This document shows, in pieces, positions 28,149 to 39,144 of a stretch of 64,000 nucleotides of DNA. The first letter of the stretch is position 1. Every line of letters begins with the position of its first letter. Under the pieces are notes generated by a model. That model ran no database searches. It worked only from the letters and a program-made list of their open reading frames with translations, and was not told where the DNA came from. A program made the position numbers and the translations under genes. The stretch covers positions 288,001 through 352,000 of the forward strand of contig CAWFQB010000004.1 in the NCBI GenBank assembly GCA_963817895.1, given 5' to 3'. Source of the DNA: an uncultured Chthonomonadaceae bacterium. GTDB lineage: Bacteria > Armatimonadota > Chthonomonadetes > Chthonomonadales > Chthonomonadaceae.

Positions 28149-30182
28149 ATGTCCTATCGTCGGCGTCGCCCTGCTGCAACCCTGCCGTCCGCGCTTGCGC
28201 TCACCGCGCTGGCTGCCCTGAGTCTTGCCGCCACTTCAGTCCATGCCGCGCCGCAAAACGGCAAAAGCAAGCCTGTCTCGGCCAAAATACCCTTTAGCGG
28301 CCCTGCGAAAAAAGCGCTTGATCCTGTTTTGCTCGACGCCATCAAGAACGCGCCCCCGGCAACCCAGTATCCGAACAGCAGTTACGCGCGTTTGCTGGAT
28401 TTGGGAACGGTTGCAGTGAAGTCGGACGGCACGACCGTTGCCGAGTACCGCGTCACCTACAAACTTTATAAAAACAACGCCATTTCGCAGCGGCTTGCCG
28501 AAGTGGTGCTTCCATATAACGCCAGTTATCAGGATTTGCGCGTCCTGAGCGCGCGCACGATTAAAAAAGACGGCACGGTTCTGGACGTGAAGCGCGAAGA
28601 TATGCGCGACGGCGGCATTGCGGGCGATTATCTGATGTACGACGACGCGCACGGCATCAACTTTTCCATGCCCGGAATTGAAGACGAGTGCGTTATTGAT
28701 TACACCTTCCAGATGATTACGCATCCGATGTTTCTGCCCGGACAATTTACGACTTACTGGGGCTTTTCCGGCTTTGAACCCGTCGGCGTCAGCCGCCTGA
28801 CCCTGAAAACGCCCGCCGACAAGCCGATGAAGTTCAAGATGTACAACGACAAGCTGGAACCGGTTGTCACGACATCGGTGGACGGCCACACCAAAACCTA
28901 CGTGTGGGAAAAGAAGAATCTGGCCCCGTTGGAGTTTGAGCCGAGTATGCCAAAAGCCGATGACGTGAAAATCTGGATGGAAGCCTCGTCGCTTGACGGC
29001 TGGCAGGACATCGCGGGCTGGTTCTGGGGCTTGCAGCAGCCGCAGGCCAAATCCACGGACGCCATTCGCAAAACCGTCGCATCGGTTACGGCGGGCAAAA
29101 CAACGGACGCGGACAAGTGCCGCGCCATTTATGATTGGGTTGCCAACCGGACGCGCTATGTCGGCATCGAGTTCGGCATTTCGGCTTATAAGCCGCACCC
29201 GGCTTCCGATGTTCACGACAAGATGTACGGCGACTGCAAGGACAAAGCCAACCTGCTGATTACCATGCTCAATCTCGCCAACATCAAGGCGCACCCGGTT
29301 CTGCTTCATGCGGGAGAGCGGCGCATGGTTGGGGACGGCCTGCCCACGCTGAACGCTTTTAACCACTGCATCGCGGTTGCCGATGTGGACGGCAAGGAAG
29401 TCTGGCTGGACGCCACTGCGGAAACCTGCGCGTATGGCGACATTCCCGATGGCGACCGGGGCGTTCAGGCGCTTGTGGTTCGGGACGGCAAGGGCAAGTT
29501 CGAGACGATTCCCATGTACAACCCGACCGAAAACAGCATGGACGTGAAGACCACTATCAAAATGCTGGCGGACGGCAGCGCGCAGACTCAATCGCAGGCC
29601 AACATGAGCGGCGAGTTCGGGCAATCCATGCGCTATTCGGTTCGGCTCATCACGCCCGACAAGCGCAAGGACGTGATGCAAAGCATGGCGGGCAAACTGG
29701 GACTATCAGGCAAGGTGAAAGAGTTCGGCCTGCCGGACGGACAGGACAAGACCGGCCCGTTCACGATGAACATGACGCTGGACTCGGCGCATTACGGCAA
29801 GCCAACCGGCAAAAGCCTGCTGATTCTGCCGCTTGTGAGCAGCATAAACGGTTTCAAGGAAAACCCGTACAAAGCCGAAAAGCGCATCTGGCCGATTGTG
29901 GAAGAGGATACGTCCTCCATTCGCAGCGAAACGGTTTTGACAATTCCCGACGGCTTTGAGATTGATGACTTGCCCGGAAACGTGGATTTGACCTGCCCGA
30001 TTCAGGAGTACCATCGCGCCATCACCAAATCTGCTGACGGTAAAACGGTGACGATTACGGACTCGTTCGTATCCAAACCCGGAACCGTTCCCGCCGCCGA
30101 TTACGCAAAAGTGCGCGGCTTCTACGACGAAATGCTGAAAGCGTCCGATGACCAGATCGTTCTGAAAAAATCCGGCCATTAG
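28149..30182 (+). CDS. DUF3857 plus transglutaminase-like domain protein, secreted
   Basis: Signal peptide; RYVGIEFG, GDCKDKA, FNHCI, WLDAT catalytic triad motifs. Confidence 0.92.
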   Translation: MSYRRRRPAATLPSALALTALAALSLAATSVHAAPQNGKSKPVSAKIPFSGPAKKALDPVLLDAIKNAPPATQYPNSSYARLLDLGTVAVKSDGTTVAEYRVTYKLYKNNAISQRLAEVVLPYNASYQDLRVLSARTIKKDGTVLDVKREDMRDGGIAGDYLMYDDAHGINFSMPGIEDECVIDYTFQMITHPMFLPGQFTTYWGFSGFEPVGVSRLTLKTPADKPMKFKMYNDKLEPVVTTSVDGHTKTYVWEKKNLAPLEFEPSMPKADDVKIWMEASSLDGWQDIAGWFWGLQQPQAKSTDAIRKTVASVTAGKTTDADKCRAIYDWVANRTRYVGIEFGISAYKPHPASDVHDKMYGDCKDKANLLITMLNLANIKAHPVLLHAGERRMVGDGLPTLNAFNHCIAVADVDGKEVWLDATAETCAYGDIPDGDRGVQALVVRDGKGKFETIPMYNPTENSMDVKTTIKMLADGSAQTQSQANMSGEFGQSMRYSVRLITPDKRKDVMQSMAGKLGLSGKVKEFGLPDGQDKTGPFTMNMTLDSAHYGKPTGKSLLILPLVSSINGFKENPYKAEKRIWPIVEEDTSSIRSETVLTIPDGFEIDDLPGNVDLTCPIQEYHRAITKSADGKTVTITDSFVSKPGTVPAADYAKVRGFYDEMLKASDDQIVLKKSGH

Positions 30183-30190
30183 CAACCTTT

Positions 30191-30273
30191 AAGACGTTAT
30201 CCACCAATTTACACGGACTATTGCGAAAACCTATTTTCGCAGCAGATCGGCGTGAGTTCGTGGATAACGTCTT
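30191..30273. repeat. Long intergenic inverted repeat
   Basis: AAGACGTTATCCAC / GTGGATAACGTCTT (14 bp perfect) with inner TGCGAAA/TTTCGCA stem. Confidence 0.75.
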
Positions 30274-30319
30274 TTTACGTCTTTATTTTGTGCATACTAT
30301 ATTAAGGAGGGTTAGCGTT

Positions 30320-31406
30320 GTGTCACTCGCACAGGCGAAAAGTAAATTGGATGAGATTGAGGCCCGCTACGATGAACTGATTGCGGCAGATGAACGATCC
30401 CGAAGTGAGCAGCGACTATCAGCGCTATACGCAGGCGGCAAAAGGCAAAACCGAAATTGAAGACGTGGCGACCGCGTACAAAGCGTATAAGAGTACGCTG
30501 GAAGATATTCCCGTCGCGGAAGAGATGCTCGGCATGGCGGATGGCGACGAGCGCGTGTATTATCAGGAGGAGCTGGAAAACGCCAAGCGCAAAGCCGACG
30601 AATTGGAACTGCATATCCGGCTGCTGCTGATGCCCAAAGACCCCAAAGACGATCGCAACGTGATTATTGAAATCCGAGCGGCGGCGGGCGGCGAAGAGGC
30701 CAAACTGTTCGCGTTCGAACTGTTCCGCATGTACACGCGCTACGCGGAACGCCGCAAGTGGAAAACCGACATTATCAACTTGCAGGAAACCGGCATCGGC
30801 GGACTGCACGAAGCGACGTTTGAAATCGAAGGCAAGGGCGCGTACAGTCAGTTGAAATTCGAGGGCGGCGTTCATCGGGTTCAGCGCGTACCCGTCACCG
30901 AGTCGAGCGGGCGCATGCAAACGTCTACCGCTACCGTTGCGGTAATGCCGGTCGTGGAAGACGTGGAAGTGGAACTTAACGAGGCCGACATCAAGGAAGA
31001 AATTTATCATTCGGCGGGCGCGGGCGGCCAGAACGTGCAGAAAGTGGCGACGGCCATCCGGCTTATCCACAAACCGACCGGCCTTGTCGTCACCTGTCAG
31101 GACGAGCGCAGCCAACTGCAAAACAAGATCAAGGCGCGGGCGGTTCTGCGGTCGCGTTTGTACGAGATGCAGCTACAGGAGGCCAACGCGGAGCAGGCGG
31201 GTACGCGCCGTTCGCAGGTGGGAACCGGGGAACGCTCGGAAAAAATTCGCACCTATCACTTTCAGGATGGCCGCGTCACCGATCACCGCATCGGCCTGAC
31301 CATTCACAACATCCCCGCCGTGATGGATGGCGACATTCAGGCGTTTATCGACTCGCTGATAACGGCGGATCAGGCGGAAAAAATGCGGGCAAGCAGCGAG
31401 GCTTAA
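30320..31406 (+). CDS. prfA: Peptide chain release factor 1 (frameshift near 30385)
   Basis: AAGGAGG RBS plus GTG; VHRVQRVPVTES (PVT), GAGGQ, RSEKIRTY; followed by prmC. Confidence 0.95.
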
Positions 31407-31410
31407 CGAT

Positions 31411-31572
31411 TGTCTTGAACCATGATTAGGCATGATTTTGATGATTACCATGATTGAATTTGGTCTTCATCATGGTCGCAGCCAAAATTTTCAGAATTCT
31501 GGTTCAAGATCAAAAGAGCGCCTCCTGACATCATGGTAATCATCAAAATCATGGAAAATCATGGTTCAGACA
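31411..31572. repeat. Inverted element of about 9-nt CATGATT units
   Basis: TGTCTTGAACCATGATTAGGCATGATTTTGATGATTACCATGAT ... ATCATGGTAATCATCAAAATCATGGAAAATCATGGTTCAGACA. Confidence 0.88.
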
Positions 31573-32445
31573 GAGACGAATGGAATCCTGTCTCTGATTC
31601 TGTAAATTGGGCGACGCGGCAGTTGGCGCAGGCGGGCGTGGAGAACGCCCGGTTTGAGGCGCAACTGCTGCTCGGTCTTGCGCTGAATGTATCGCGGACG
31701 GCGGTTGTGGCGCAAACGTATCCTGCGCTCACGGACGTTCAGCAGCAACGGTTTATCGAACTGGTGACGCGGCGTAGTCAGCGGGTTCCATTCGCGTATT
31801 TGCGGGGAACGCAGGAGTTTTACGGACTGGAATTCGTTGTTACGCCCGATGTGCTGATTCCGCGACCGGAAACCGAAACTTTGGTGGAACTGGCATTGGC
31901 GTGGGCGGCTGAACTGCTGCAAACGCAATCAACTGTAACACTTGCCGATGTGGGAACCGGAAGCGGGTGTATTCCGGTAGCGATACTCAAGAATCAGGCG
32001 GGGTTGAGGGCAGTTGCCGTAGATATTTCGCCGTCCGCGCTGAAGGTTGCGGAGCAGAACGCGCGCCGCCATGAGGTTGCCGACCGTCTGCGGTTGGTAC
32101 AAGCGGATTTGCTTGCCTGCGCCGGTTCCCATGAATTCGACATCATTGTGTCCAATCCGCCGTATATTTCGAGCCGAGACGTGGATGCGCTGCAGCCGGA
32201 AGTGGCCCGTTACGAGCCGCGCCTCGCGCTGGATGGCGGCAGTGACGGCCTGATACTCTATCGTACTTTAGTATCAGCAGGCCAAACATGCCCTGAAACC
32301 GAATGGCTGGCTGTGGATGGAAGTGGCGCAGGGGCAGGCGCGGGATGTGAGCGCGTTGCTGCAACAGGCAGGGTATAGTAAGATACAAACCTATCTCGAC
32401 CTTGCCGGCATCGAGCGGATTGTGGGCGGGAGTTTTTATGGATGA
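31551..32445 (+). CDS. prmC: Release factor glutamine methyltransferase (frameshift near 32280; start uncertain)
   Basis: VLIPRPETE, DVGTGSGCI, SNPPY, EPRLALDGG; shifted tail MEVAQGQA...DLAGIERIV. Confidence 0.92.
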
Positions 32446-33332
32446 TGCGTCACCGAACAGCATGATTGTCTGCCGGAACCTGACCAAAGAGTTCGGCAGC
32501 ATGACCGCTGTGGATAACCTCAATCTGGAAATCGGCGCGGGCGAACTGTTCGGGTTTTTAGGGCCGAACGGGGCAGGCAAAACCACGACCATTAAAATGC
32601 TGATCGGGCTGTTGCGTCCCACAACCGGCATATGTCGTATCGGCGGTTTTGACGTTCACGCGCAGCCGCTCGATGCGCGGCGCGTTTTGGGCTACATTCC
32701 CGACAACCCATTTTTGTACGAAAAACTGACGGGGCGCGAGTTTCTGAACTTCATGGCCGACCTGTACCGCGTATCGCAGGAACAGCGCGAGGAGCGTATC
32801 CGCGACCTGCTGGAACTGCTGGATTTGAGCGACAAAGGCAACGACCTGATCGGCGGCTATTCGCGCGGTATGCGGCAGAAAATCGCCCTTGCGGGCGCGT
32901 TCATCCACTCTCCGAAAGTGATTTTTCTGGACGAGCCGACGGTGGGACTTGACCCACGCGGGGCGCGTACCATGCGCGACATTCTGCGCGAAATGACCCA
33001 CCGGGGCACAACCGTCTTCATCTCCACGCACATTCTGGAAATCGCCGAACGCCTGTGCGACCGCGTCGCCATCATCAACAAAGGCCACATCATCGCGCAG
33101 GGGACGATGGACGATTTGCGGAGCATGACGGCAAAGGCAAGGGAAGAGGGAAAGGGAAAAGGGAAGAGAAGATACGAGATACGAGATACGAGATACGAGA
33201 AGGAGAGGATTCATCCTTCATCCTTCATCCTTCATCCTACCTGCTCCCTCTTCCCTTATTTCTCTGGAAGAGATATTCCTCCAACTGACTGGCACGGCGG
33301 AGAATGCGGACCCGGCGAAATATCTGGGATGA
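32438..33332 (+). CDS. ABC transporter ATP-binding protein with a repeat element in its C-terminal linker
   Basis: GPNGAGKT, YSRGMRQK, FLDEP; the typical tail SLEEIFLQLTG lies at 33261-33332 in another frame, after the repeats. Confidence 0.88.
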
Positions 33333-34070
33333 GAGCGGTGGATGGCATGTCCAATGCGGCGTCTGGCGGGCTGTTATTCGGGCTGATTGCGCAGAACCTG
33401 CTGTTTATTGGCATGGCGCTGTGGTGGATGCGGCGTGGAGGACGAACGTTCGCGTCTATTGGTTTGGCGCGTCCGACGCGGCGGGAAGTGGTGACAGGGA
33501 TTGGCGGCGGCGTTGCGGTTGCAATCGTGGGTTACGGGTTCGGGGAAGTGGAAGTATGGCTGTTGCGCGGACTGCTTGCGCCCGCAGCGTTTCAGCGTCT
33601 GCAGCGGTTCACGGACGCTTACGGGGCCGAACACGCTTTTCTGCAATTGCCCGCATTCTGGATGATGGCAGGTTTTGCCCTGATTGGCTCGCTGCTGGCC
33701 CCGGTTGCCGAGGAGATGCTGTTTCGGGGCGTGATTTTTCACAGTCTGCAGGAGCGGTGGCGATTTGGGAACAGGGGGCGCGATTGTCGGCAGCAGCCTG
33801 CTGTTCGCGCTTGCGCATGTCAGCCCGCTTGCCCTGTTGCCCCTGTTTCTGATGGGTATGGCGTTTGCAGCCATGTACGTCCGTACCGGTTCCCTGTGGG
33901 TTCCCATCGGGATGCATGTCGCCAATAATGCCGTCAGTTTCGCGTTGCTGGCGTGGATGGTCATGCGAGCATCTTTTGAGGAGAATGTATGGAAGCGCCG
34001 CCTTCTGAGTCCCAAGCGAATATCCCCCGTTTGCCCTGCTGTTTCCGGTTGTCGAGCGTGTTGCTTGTGA
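33329..34070 (+). CDS. CPBP (CAAX/Abi) intramembrane metalloprotease (frameshift near 33770)
   Basis: EEMLFRG, FALAH, HVANN motifs; ATGA overlap with the upstream stop. Confidence 0.85.
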
Positions 34071-35022
34071 TGGGATTGATGGGATGGCAGATGCGGCGGC
34101 GCAGCGGCCGGTGGAAATACCGGAACTGACGGCGGCGGGCAATGCGCTGAAAGCCAACAATGTCGAAAAGGCGCGGCAGCAGTTTGAGAAAGCTCTGAGC
34201 AAAGCCTCCGATACGCCGCTGCTGTATCGCGCCATAATGGGCGAGTGTACCGAAGTTGGGCCGATATGGATCTGGCCTGCGAGTACGGCGAACGCGCGAT
34301 TCAGGTCTGCCGGTACGTTCCCGAATGCGGACCGCGCGGAATTGTACGAAACGCTGGCGAGTTGTTACGCGGATGGTCACGAACCGCCGCCCGCAACCTC
34401 GCGCTATCGAGTACGCGCGCCGCGCGCTTGGAACTCGCGCCGGACGATGCCAACGCGCTGAACACTCTGGGCTATATTATGTCGGAAAACGTTCAGACGG
34501 AACCGGAAGCCAACATCGCGCTCGGCTATGTCAATCATGCGCTGAACCTGCTGCGCGAACAGGTCGGCGCTCCGCCGCGAACTGCTGGCGCTGGTCGAAG
34601 ACAGTTATGGGTGGGCGCTGTACAAGCGGGGCCGATTCCATGCGGAAGACTACGCCCACGCCGCCGATGCGCTGCGTCAGGCCATTGCGGATATACCGCC
34701 GGGGTTGCCGGACGCGGCGCAAAAAGTAATGTACTATCATCTTGGAGCCGCCTGCCGCGCCGCCGGTCAAATCGAAGAGGCGCGTCACGCGCTTCAGATC
34801 GCGCTGTTATACGACCCACAGTATGCCGAAGCGCAAAGAGGAACTGAACGCGCTTCCGCCTCAAGCGCCGTACTGCGCCTTCCAAGGGCGTTCCCACAAC
34901 GAACACAACAAACCGACGACGCTTGCCATCCCGAAAACCCCTGTCCCCGCTGTGCCGGTGCAGACACTCGGATGGCAAGCCTATCTTCAAACCCCTGCGC
35001 GACAGCAAGCCCGTCAAAATGA
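33989..35022 (+). CDS. TPR-repeat protein (frameshifted)
   Basis: Fragments LELAPDDANALNTLGY, DSYGWALYKRG, YYHLGAAC...ALLYDPQYAEA. Both ends uncertain. Confidence 0.65.
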
Positions 35023-35169
35023 AATTCTTAACTTCTTATTTATAAAAAACTTGAAAATTCTGAAACCATCTTTAGAAGTTTTGAAGTATTCAAGAGTAGA
35101 TCGCCATCGCGAAGAGCGCGGAAGTTAAGATTCCCGTAAACGGTCCCTCGGCTGCCGGAGGAACTCTCT

Positions 35170-35583
35170 ATGGCGAAAATATTGACGCGCTGCCCCGTTT
35201 GTGAGGCCGCGCTGAAAGTAACGGAACTGACGTGCCTGCGCTGCAAAACGCAGGTGCGCAGCACGTTTGATACGTGCCGCTTTTGCCGTCTTGCGCCCGA
35301 ACATCTGGCCTTTGTGGAACTGTTTCTGCGCAATGAGGGCAATCTCAGCCGCGTGGAAAAACAACTCGGCCTTTCGTATCCCACCGTGCGCAACAAACTG
35401 TCGGCCGCGCTGGCCGCGCTGGGATTCACCGAAGAAGCCGAAAGCAACTCTGCCGTCGGACACACAGAGAACGAGGGCGGCGACTTGGAAACGCTTCAGC
35501 GCCGCCGCAATGTGCTGGAAGCGCTGGCGCGCGGCGACATTCGCGCCGACGAAGCCGCTGAACTGCTGAAAGACGTGATGTAG
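35170..35583 (+). CDS. DUF2089-family protein (Zn ribbon, HTH, SHOCT-like tail)
   Basis: CPVC...CLRC, GNLSRVEKQLGLSYPTVRNKL, VLEALARGDIRADEAAELL. Confidence 0.88.
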   Translation: MAKILTRCPVCEAALKVTELTCLRCKTQVRSTFDTCRFCRLAPEHLAFVELFLRNEGNLSRVEKQLGLSYPTVRNKLSAALAALGFTEEAESNSAVGHTENEGGDLETLQRRRNVLEALARGDIRADEAAELLKDVM

Positions 35584-35684
35584 GTTGTTAGGTTGTTAGT
35601 TGTTAGGTTGCGTAGGTTCATCGTAAATGTATCCTGATTAAACCTAAAGACCTAACAACTAACAACCTAACAACTAACAACCTA
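35581..35684. repeat. Inverted array of TAGGTTGT/TAGTTGT units
   Basis: TAGGTTGTTAGGTTGTTAGTTGTTAGG ... CCTAACAACTAACAACCTAACAACTAACAACCTA; starts at the TAG stop. Confidence 0.9.
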
Positions 35685-35699
35685 GTGAGGAACCCAACC

Positions 35700-37161
35700 A
35701 TGGATGAAAACGTAATGCGCGTCCTGCAAATGTTGCAGGAGGGGAAAATCAGCGCGTCAGGAAGCCGAAACGCTGATTGCCGCTTTGCGCGGCGAGTCGC
35801 CCGAATCTGCCGCCGCCGCTGCTGAAACTGAAGCGGCGGCAAGCGGGGAAGCCGAAGACAAGAAGGCGGAAAAAGAGGACAGGTCCCTGTTTGATAGCCT
35901 GCCGTTCGACAAGTTCAAGGACATCAAACCACCCAAAATCGAACTCAGCAATCTGGGCGACCGCATCTCCAAAGCCGTTGCCCGCGTACAGCCGGAAAAA
36001 ATCGTCAAGCGGGTGCAAACCGAACTGCGCAAAGCGACAAAGGCCGGAGCCAACTGGGGTACGTCCGTCACGTCGCGGGTTCGGACTTGGTCGGACGGCG
36101 AGGGCGGACGGCCTACGAACAGCATGGATTTGCCGCAGCACACCGAAAGCGTGGATCAGGAATTTCATCTGGAACCCGGCGCGAAAGTGTATGTGGAAAA
36201 CCCGCTTGGCAGCGTGAAAGTGACCGGTATCGCGGAGGGAACCGCGTCGGTTACGATCAGCAAAGTGGCGTGGGGTACGACCGTAGAGGAGGCCCAGGCC
36301 GCTGTCGCGCAAATGGAAATCAACCTGCACGGCACGGATGCGCGTCTGGACATCAAAGTGTCCACGACGGATACGTTCCGCGAGGGAACCGTTGATCTGG
36401 AACTGAAAGTACCGCGCAACGCCGCCAACGTTCGCGTCAACAGCCATTACGGGATCGTGGAATTGACGGAACTGGACGGCCTGGCGGAGGGCGTGACCAC
36501 AAGCGGCCTGCTGCATCTGCACGATCTTGGTGGCGATGTTCGGGGCGAAACCGCCAATGGCGATGTGAAAGTGGAGCGGATTGCGGGTTCGGCAACTGTC
36601 GCGTCGCAGTCGGGCGACATTACCGCCGATGATGTGAAGCGCGGCCTGATTGCCAATGCTGCCAGTGGCGACGTGAAGGCGTCCAACATCGAGGGCGGGC
36701 GCGTGGAGTGCAAGTCCGTATCGGGGGATTCCACGCTGGAAAAAGCGGGGCAGCAGAACCCGGTGGATATTGTCGTCGAGTCCGTATCAGGCAACGCCAC
36801 GCTGCTGGACGCGAGCGGCAGCATCTCCGTCAAGGCCGTATCGGGCGATGTCAAGGCGGAAAACCTTGTCGCGACTCGCTTGCAGGCGCAGACCGTGAGC
36901 GGTGATGTAACCCTGAAACTCAAAGAAGCCTTTTCCAGCACGATGCAGGTGAATACCGTTTCGGGTGACGTGACTATAGGCCTGATCGAAGGCAGCAACG
37001 TCCGCCTGTCGCTGGCAACCACGTCCGGAGACCTGAAAACCGATTTTGAGGCGCAGGACGTGAACGCGGGAGAAACCCTGTGGACAGGCGTCCTCGGAAC
37101 CGGCGCAGGAACGCTCAACGTGCAGACCATTTCGGGCGATGTGAACATTCAGAAGGGTTAG
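35700..37161 (+). CDS. DUF4097 beta-strand repeat (adhesin-like) protein with N-terminal SHOCT-like motif (frameshift near 35757)
   Basis: MDENVMRVLQMLQEGKISA/QEAETLIAAL; many (T/S)VSGD repeats. Confidence 0.88.
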
Positions 37162-37240
37162 ATAGGAGATACAAGATACAAGATAAGAGGAGTTGTATGT
37201 GAGTGCCTCGTATCTCGTATCTCGTATCTCTCATCTCATC
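37160..37240. repeat. Inverted array of GATAC(A/G)A heptamers
   Basis: AGATAGGAGATACAAGATACAAGATAAGAG ... CTCGTATCTCGTATCTCGTATCTCTCATCT; starts at the TAG stop. Confidence 0.85.
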
Positions 37241-37259
37241 CCTTTCAAGGAGTGACCCC

Positions 37260-37892
37260 ATGAACGACGCCAACCGCGAAAGCATTATGAAGATGGTTGG
37301 GGATGGCACGTTGCGCCCGGAGGAAGCCGCCCAACTCCTCGCGAAACTGAGCGACGAGGAGGAGGCCGCGAAAACGCAGGCCAGCGCCAAAACCAGAGCC
37401 GAGGCTGACAAAGAAAAAATTGAAAAAGCGGAAAAGACGAAGCCCACAATGGAGAAAATCACCATTCCGAGCGCGGACGGGTCGGAGCGCACCATTGAAG
37501 TGCCTTCCAGCCTGATGCCGATGATCGGCAGAATGGTGGGCGAAGCGGTCAAGCAGCATACCAAAAAAGTCGTCAAAGAGTCGGTGGCGGGCGCGAAAAT
37601 CATGGCCCAAAACAAGTACGACGAGGTGAAGGATACGCTTAAAACCGCCATCAAGGGCAACAAGAAGGCGAAAGAAGACGACAAACCGGAAATCGCGCCG
37701 ACCGAAGACAAGCGGTTCGCGGCCCGAAAGCAGATATTGCAGATGGTGCAGAACGGACGCATCACGGCAACCGATGCTGGACGGCTGATTCAGGAACTGG
37801 ACGCGCTGGAAGCCTACGAGGAGAAGCAATCGCAGCCGCCCCAGCCGCCCAACTCCGAGGGCGGCAGGCAGGCAAAGGACAAGCGCAAATGA
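37260..37892 (+). CDS. Hypothetical protein with SHOCT-like motifs at both ends
   Basis: AAGGAG RBS; IMKMVGDGTLRPEEAAQLL and ILQMVQNGRITATDAGRLI. Confidence 0.8.
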   Translation: MNDANRESIMKMVGDGTLRPEEAAQLLAKLSDEEEAAKTQASAKTRAEADKEKIEKAEKTKPTMEKITIPSADGSERTIEVPSSLMPMIGRMVGEAVKQHTKKVVKESVAGAKIMAQNKYDEVKDTLKTAIKGNKKAKEDDKPEIAPTEDKRFAARKQILQMVQNGRITATDAGRLIQELDALEAYEEKQSQPPQPPNSEGGRQAKDKRK

Positions 37893-39080
37893 AATATTTT
37901 CTGATAGTGCCGGATGGCGCGGCGGACGAACCCATGCCGGAACTCGACGGCAAAACGCCTCTGGAAGTGGCGCGTACCCCCAATCTGGACAAACTGGCGG
38001 AAAAGGGGCTTGTGGGTTCCGTGCAGGTGACGCCGCTCGACATGTATCCGGGCAGCGACGCGGCAAATATGGCGTTGCTTGGTTACGACCCAACGCGTTA
38101 CTATACCGGACGCGGCCCGATTGAGGCGGCGGCAATGGAGATTCCGCTCGACCCGAAAGACGTGGCGTTTCGCTGTTCGCTCATCAGCACGGACGGGGAA
38201 ACCCTGCTGGATTACAGTTCGGGGCATATCACGACGGAAGAAGCCCGTCCCATTATCGAACTGGCAAACCAGAAGTTGTGTTCGCGGGCGCAGCGTTTGT
38301 TTACGGGTGTGCAGTATCGGCATATCATGCGCTGGACGGACGGGCCGACGGAAGTGCAGACGCATCCGCCGCATGAGAGTCATGGGCAAGAAACTGACGG
38401 AAGTTTACCCGCAGGGCGAAGGCGACAGCAAAATTCGCGCCTTCGCAGAGGATTCCCTGAACCTGCTGCACGACCTGCCGTTCAACAAAAAACGCCGGGA
38501 TGAGGGCAAAATGCCCGCCAATATGCTGTGGCCGTGGAGTCCGGGGCGAACGCCGGAACTGCCCACATTCTTGAAAAAGCGCGGCATGACCGGGGCCGTG
38601 ATTTCCGCTGTGGACGTGGTGCGCGGCTTGGGCAAACTGACGGGACTGGAAATACTCAGCGTTCCGGGCGCGACAGGGTATTTCGATACCAACTATGCGG
38701 GTAAAGCGCAGGCCGCTGTGGACGCGACTGAACGGCACGATTTTGTGTGGATACACGTCGAGGCGCCGGATGAGGCGGGGCATGAAGGCAACCTTGACGA
38801 GAAAATCCGGGCGATTGAGAACATAGACAAACTGGTCATTGGAACCCTGCTGGAGCAGATGCGCAAGCGGGACGATTTTCGACTGCTAATCTCGCCTGAC
38901 CATAAAACTCCCGTCGCTACGCGCCGTCACGCCGTCGGCCCGGTTCCTTTCCTGCTGTACGACTCGCGCCGCGCCCTCCGTTCAGGCGGCGCGTTGCCGT
39001 ATGATGAACGCGCCCTGCACGAAGCCCGAACCAACCTGCCGGAAGGCTACCGTCTGATAGAGGAGTTGTTTGGGGAGTGA
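37889..39080 (+). CDS. apgM: Cofactor-independent phosphoglycerate mutase, ApgM type (frameshift near 38380)
   Basis: IVPDGAADEP, KTPLE, PGSDAAN, HVEAPDEAGH, SPDHKTP. Confidence 0.9.
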
Positions 39081-39085
39081 GCAAA

Positions 39086-39144
39086 GGTTGTTAGTTGTTA
39101 GGTTGTTAGGTTGTTAGCGCGCGAACCTAACAACCTAACAACTA
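39086..39144. repeat. Inverted TAGGTTGT/CCTAACAA array interrupted by the IS (continues 40174-40192)
   Basis: GGTTGTTAGTTGTTAGGTTGTTAGGTTGTTAG...AACCTAACAACCTAACAACTA [IS] AACTAACAACCTAACAAC. Confidence 0.88.

Noticed and set aside
30197..30267. DnaA boxes / replication origin
   Set aside because: There are only two imperfect TTATCCAC matches, which are the arms of one hairpin, with no box cluster or dnaA context.
30370..30395. Programmed +1 frameshift in prfA, at a position similar to the prfB shift
   Set aside because: There is no in-frame stop or CTT-TGA slippery site (the TGA is in the +1 frame) and no internal SD at the right spacing. One extra G in GCGGCAG explains it, and indels are common in this window.
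32402..33928. 508-aa ABC ATPase-CPBP protease fusion ORF as a normal gene
   Set aside because: The true ATPase tail with its own stop lies in another frame and overlaps the protease ATG. The fusion arises from the repeat insert or an indel.
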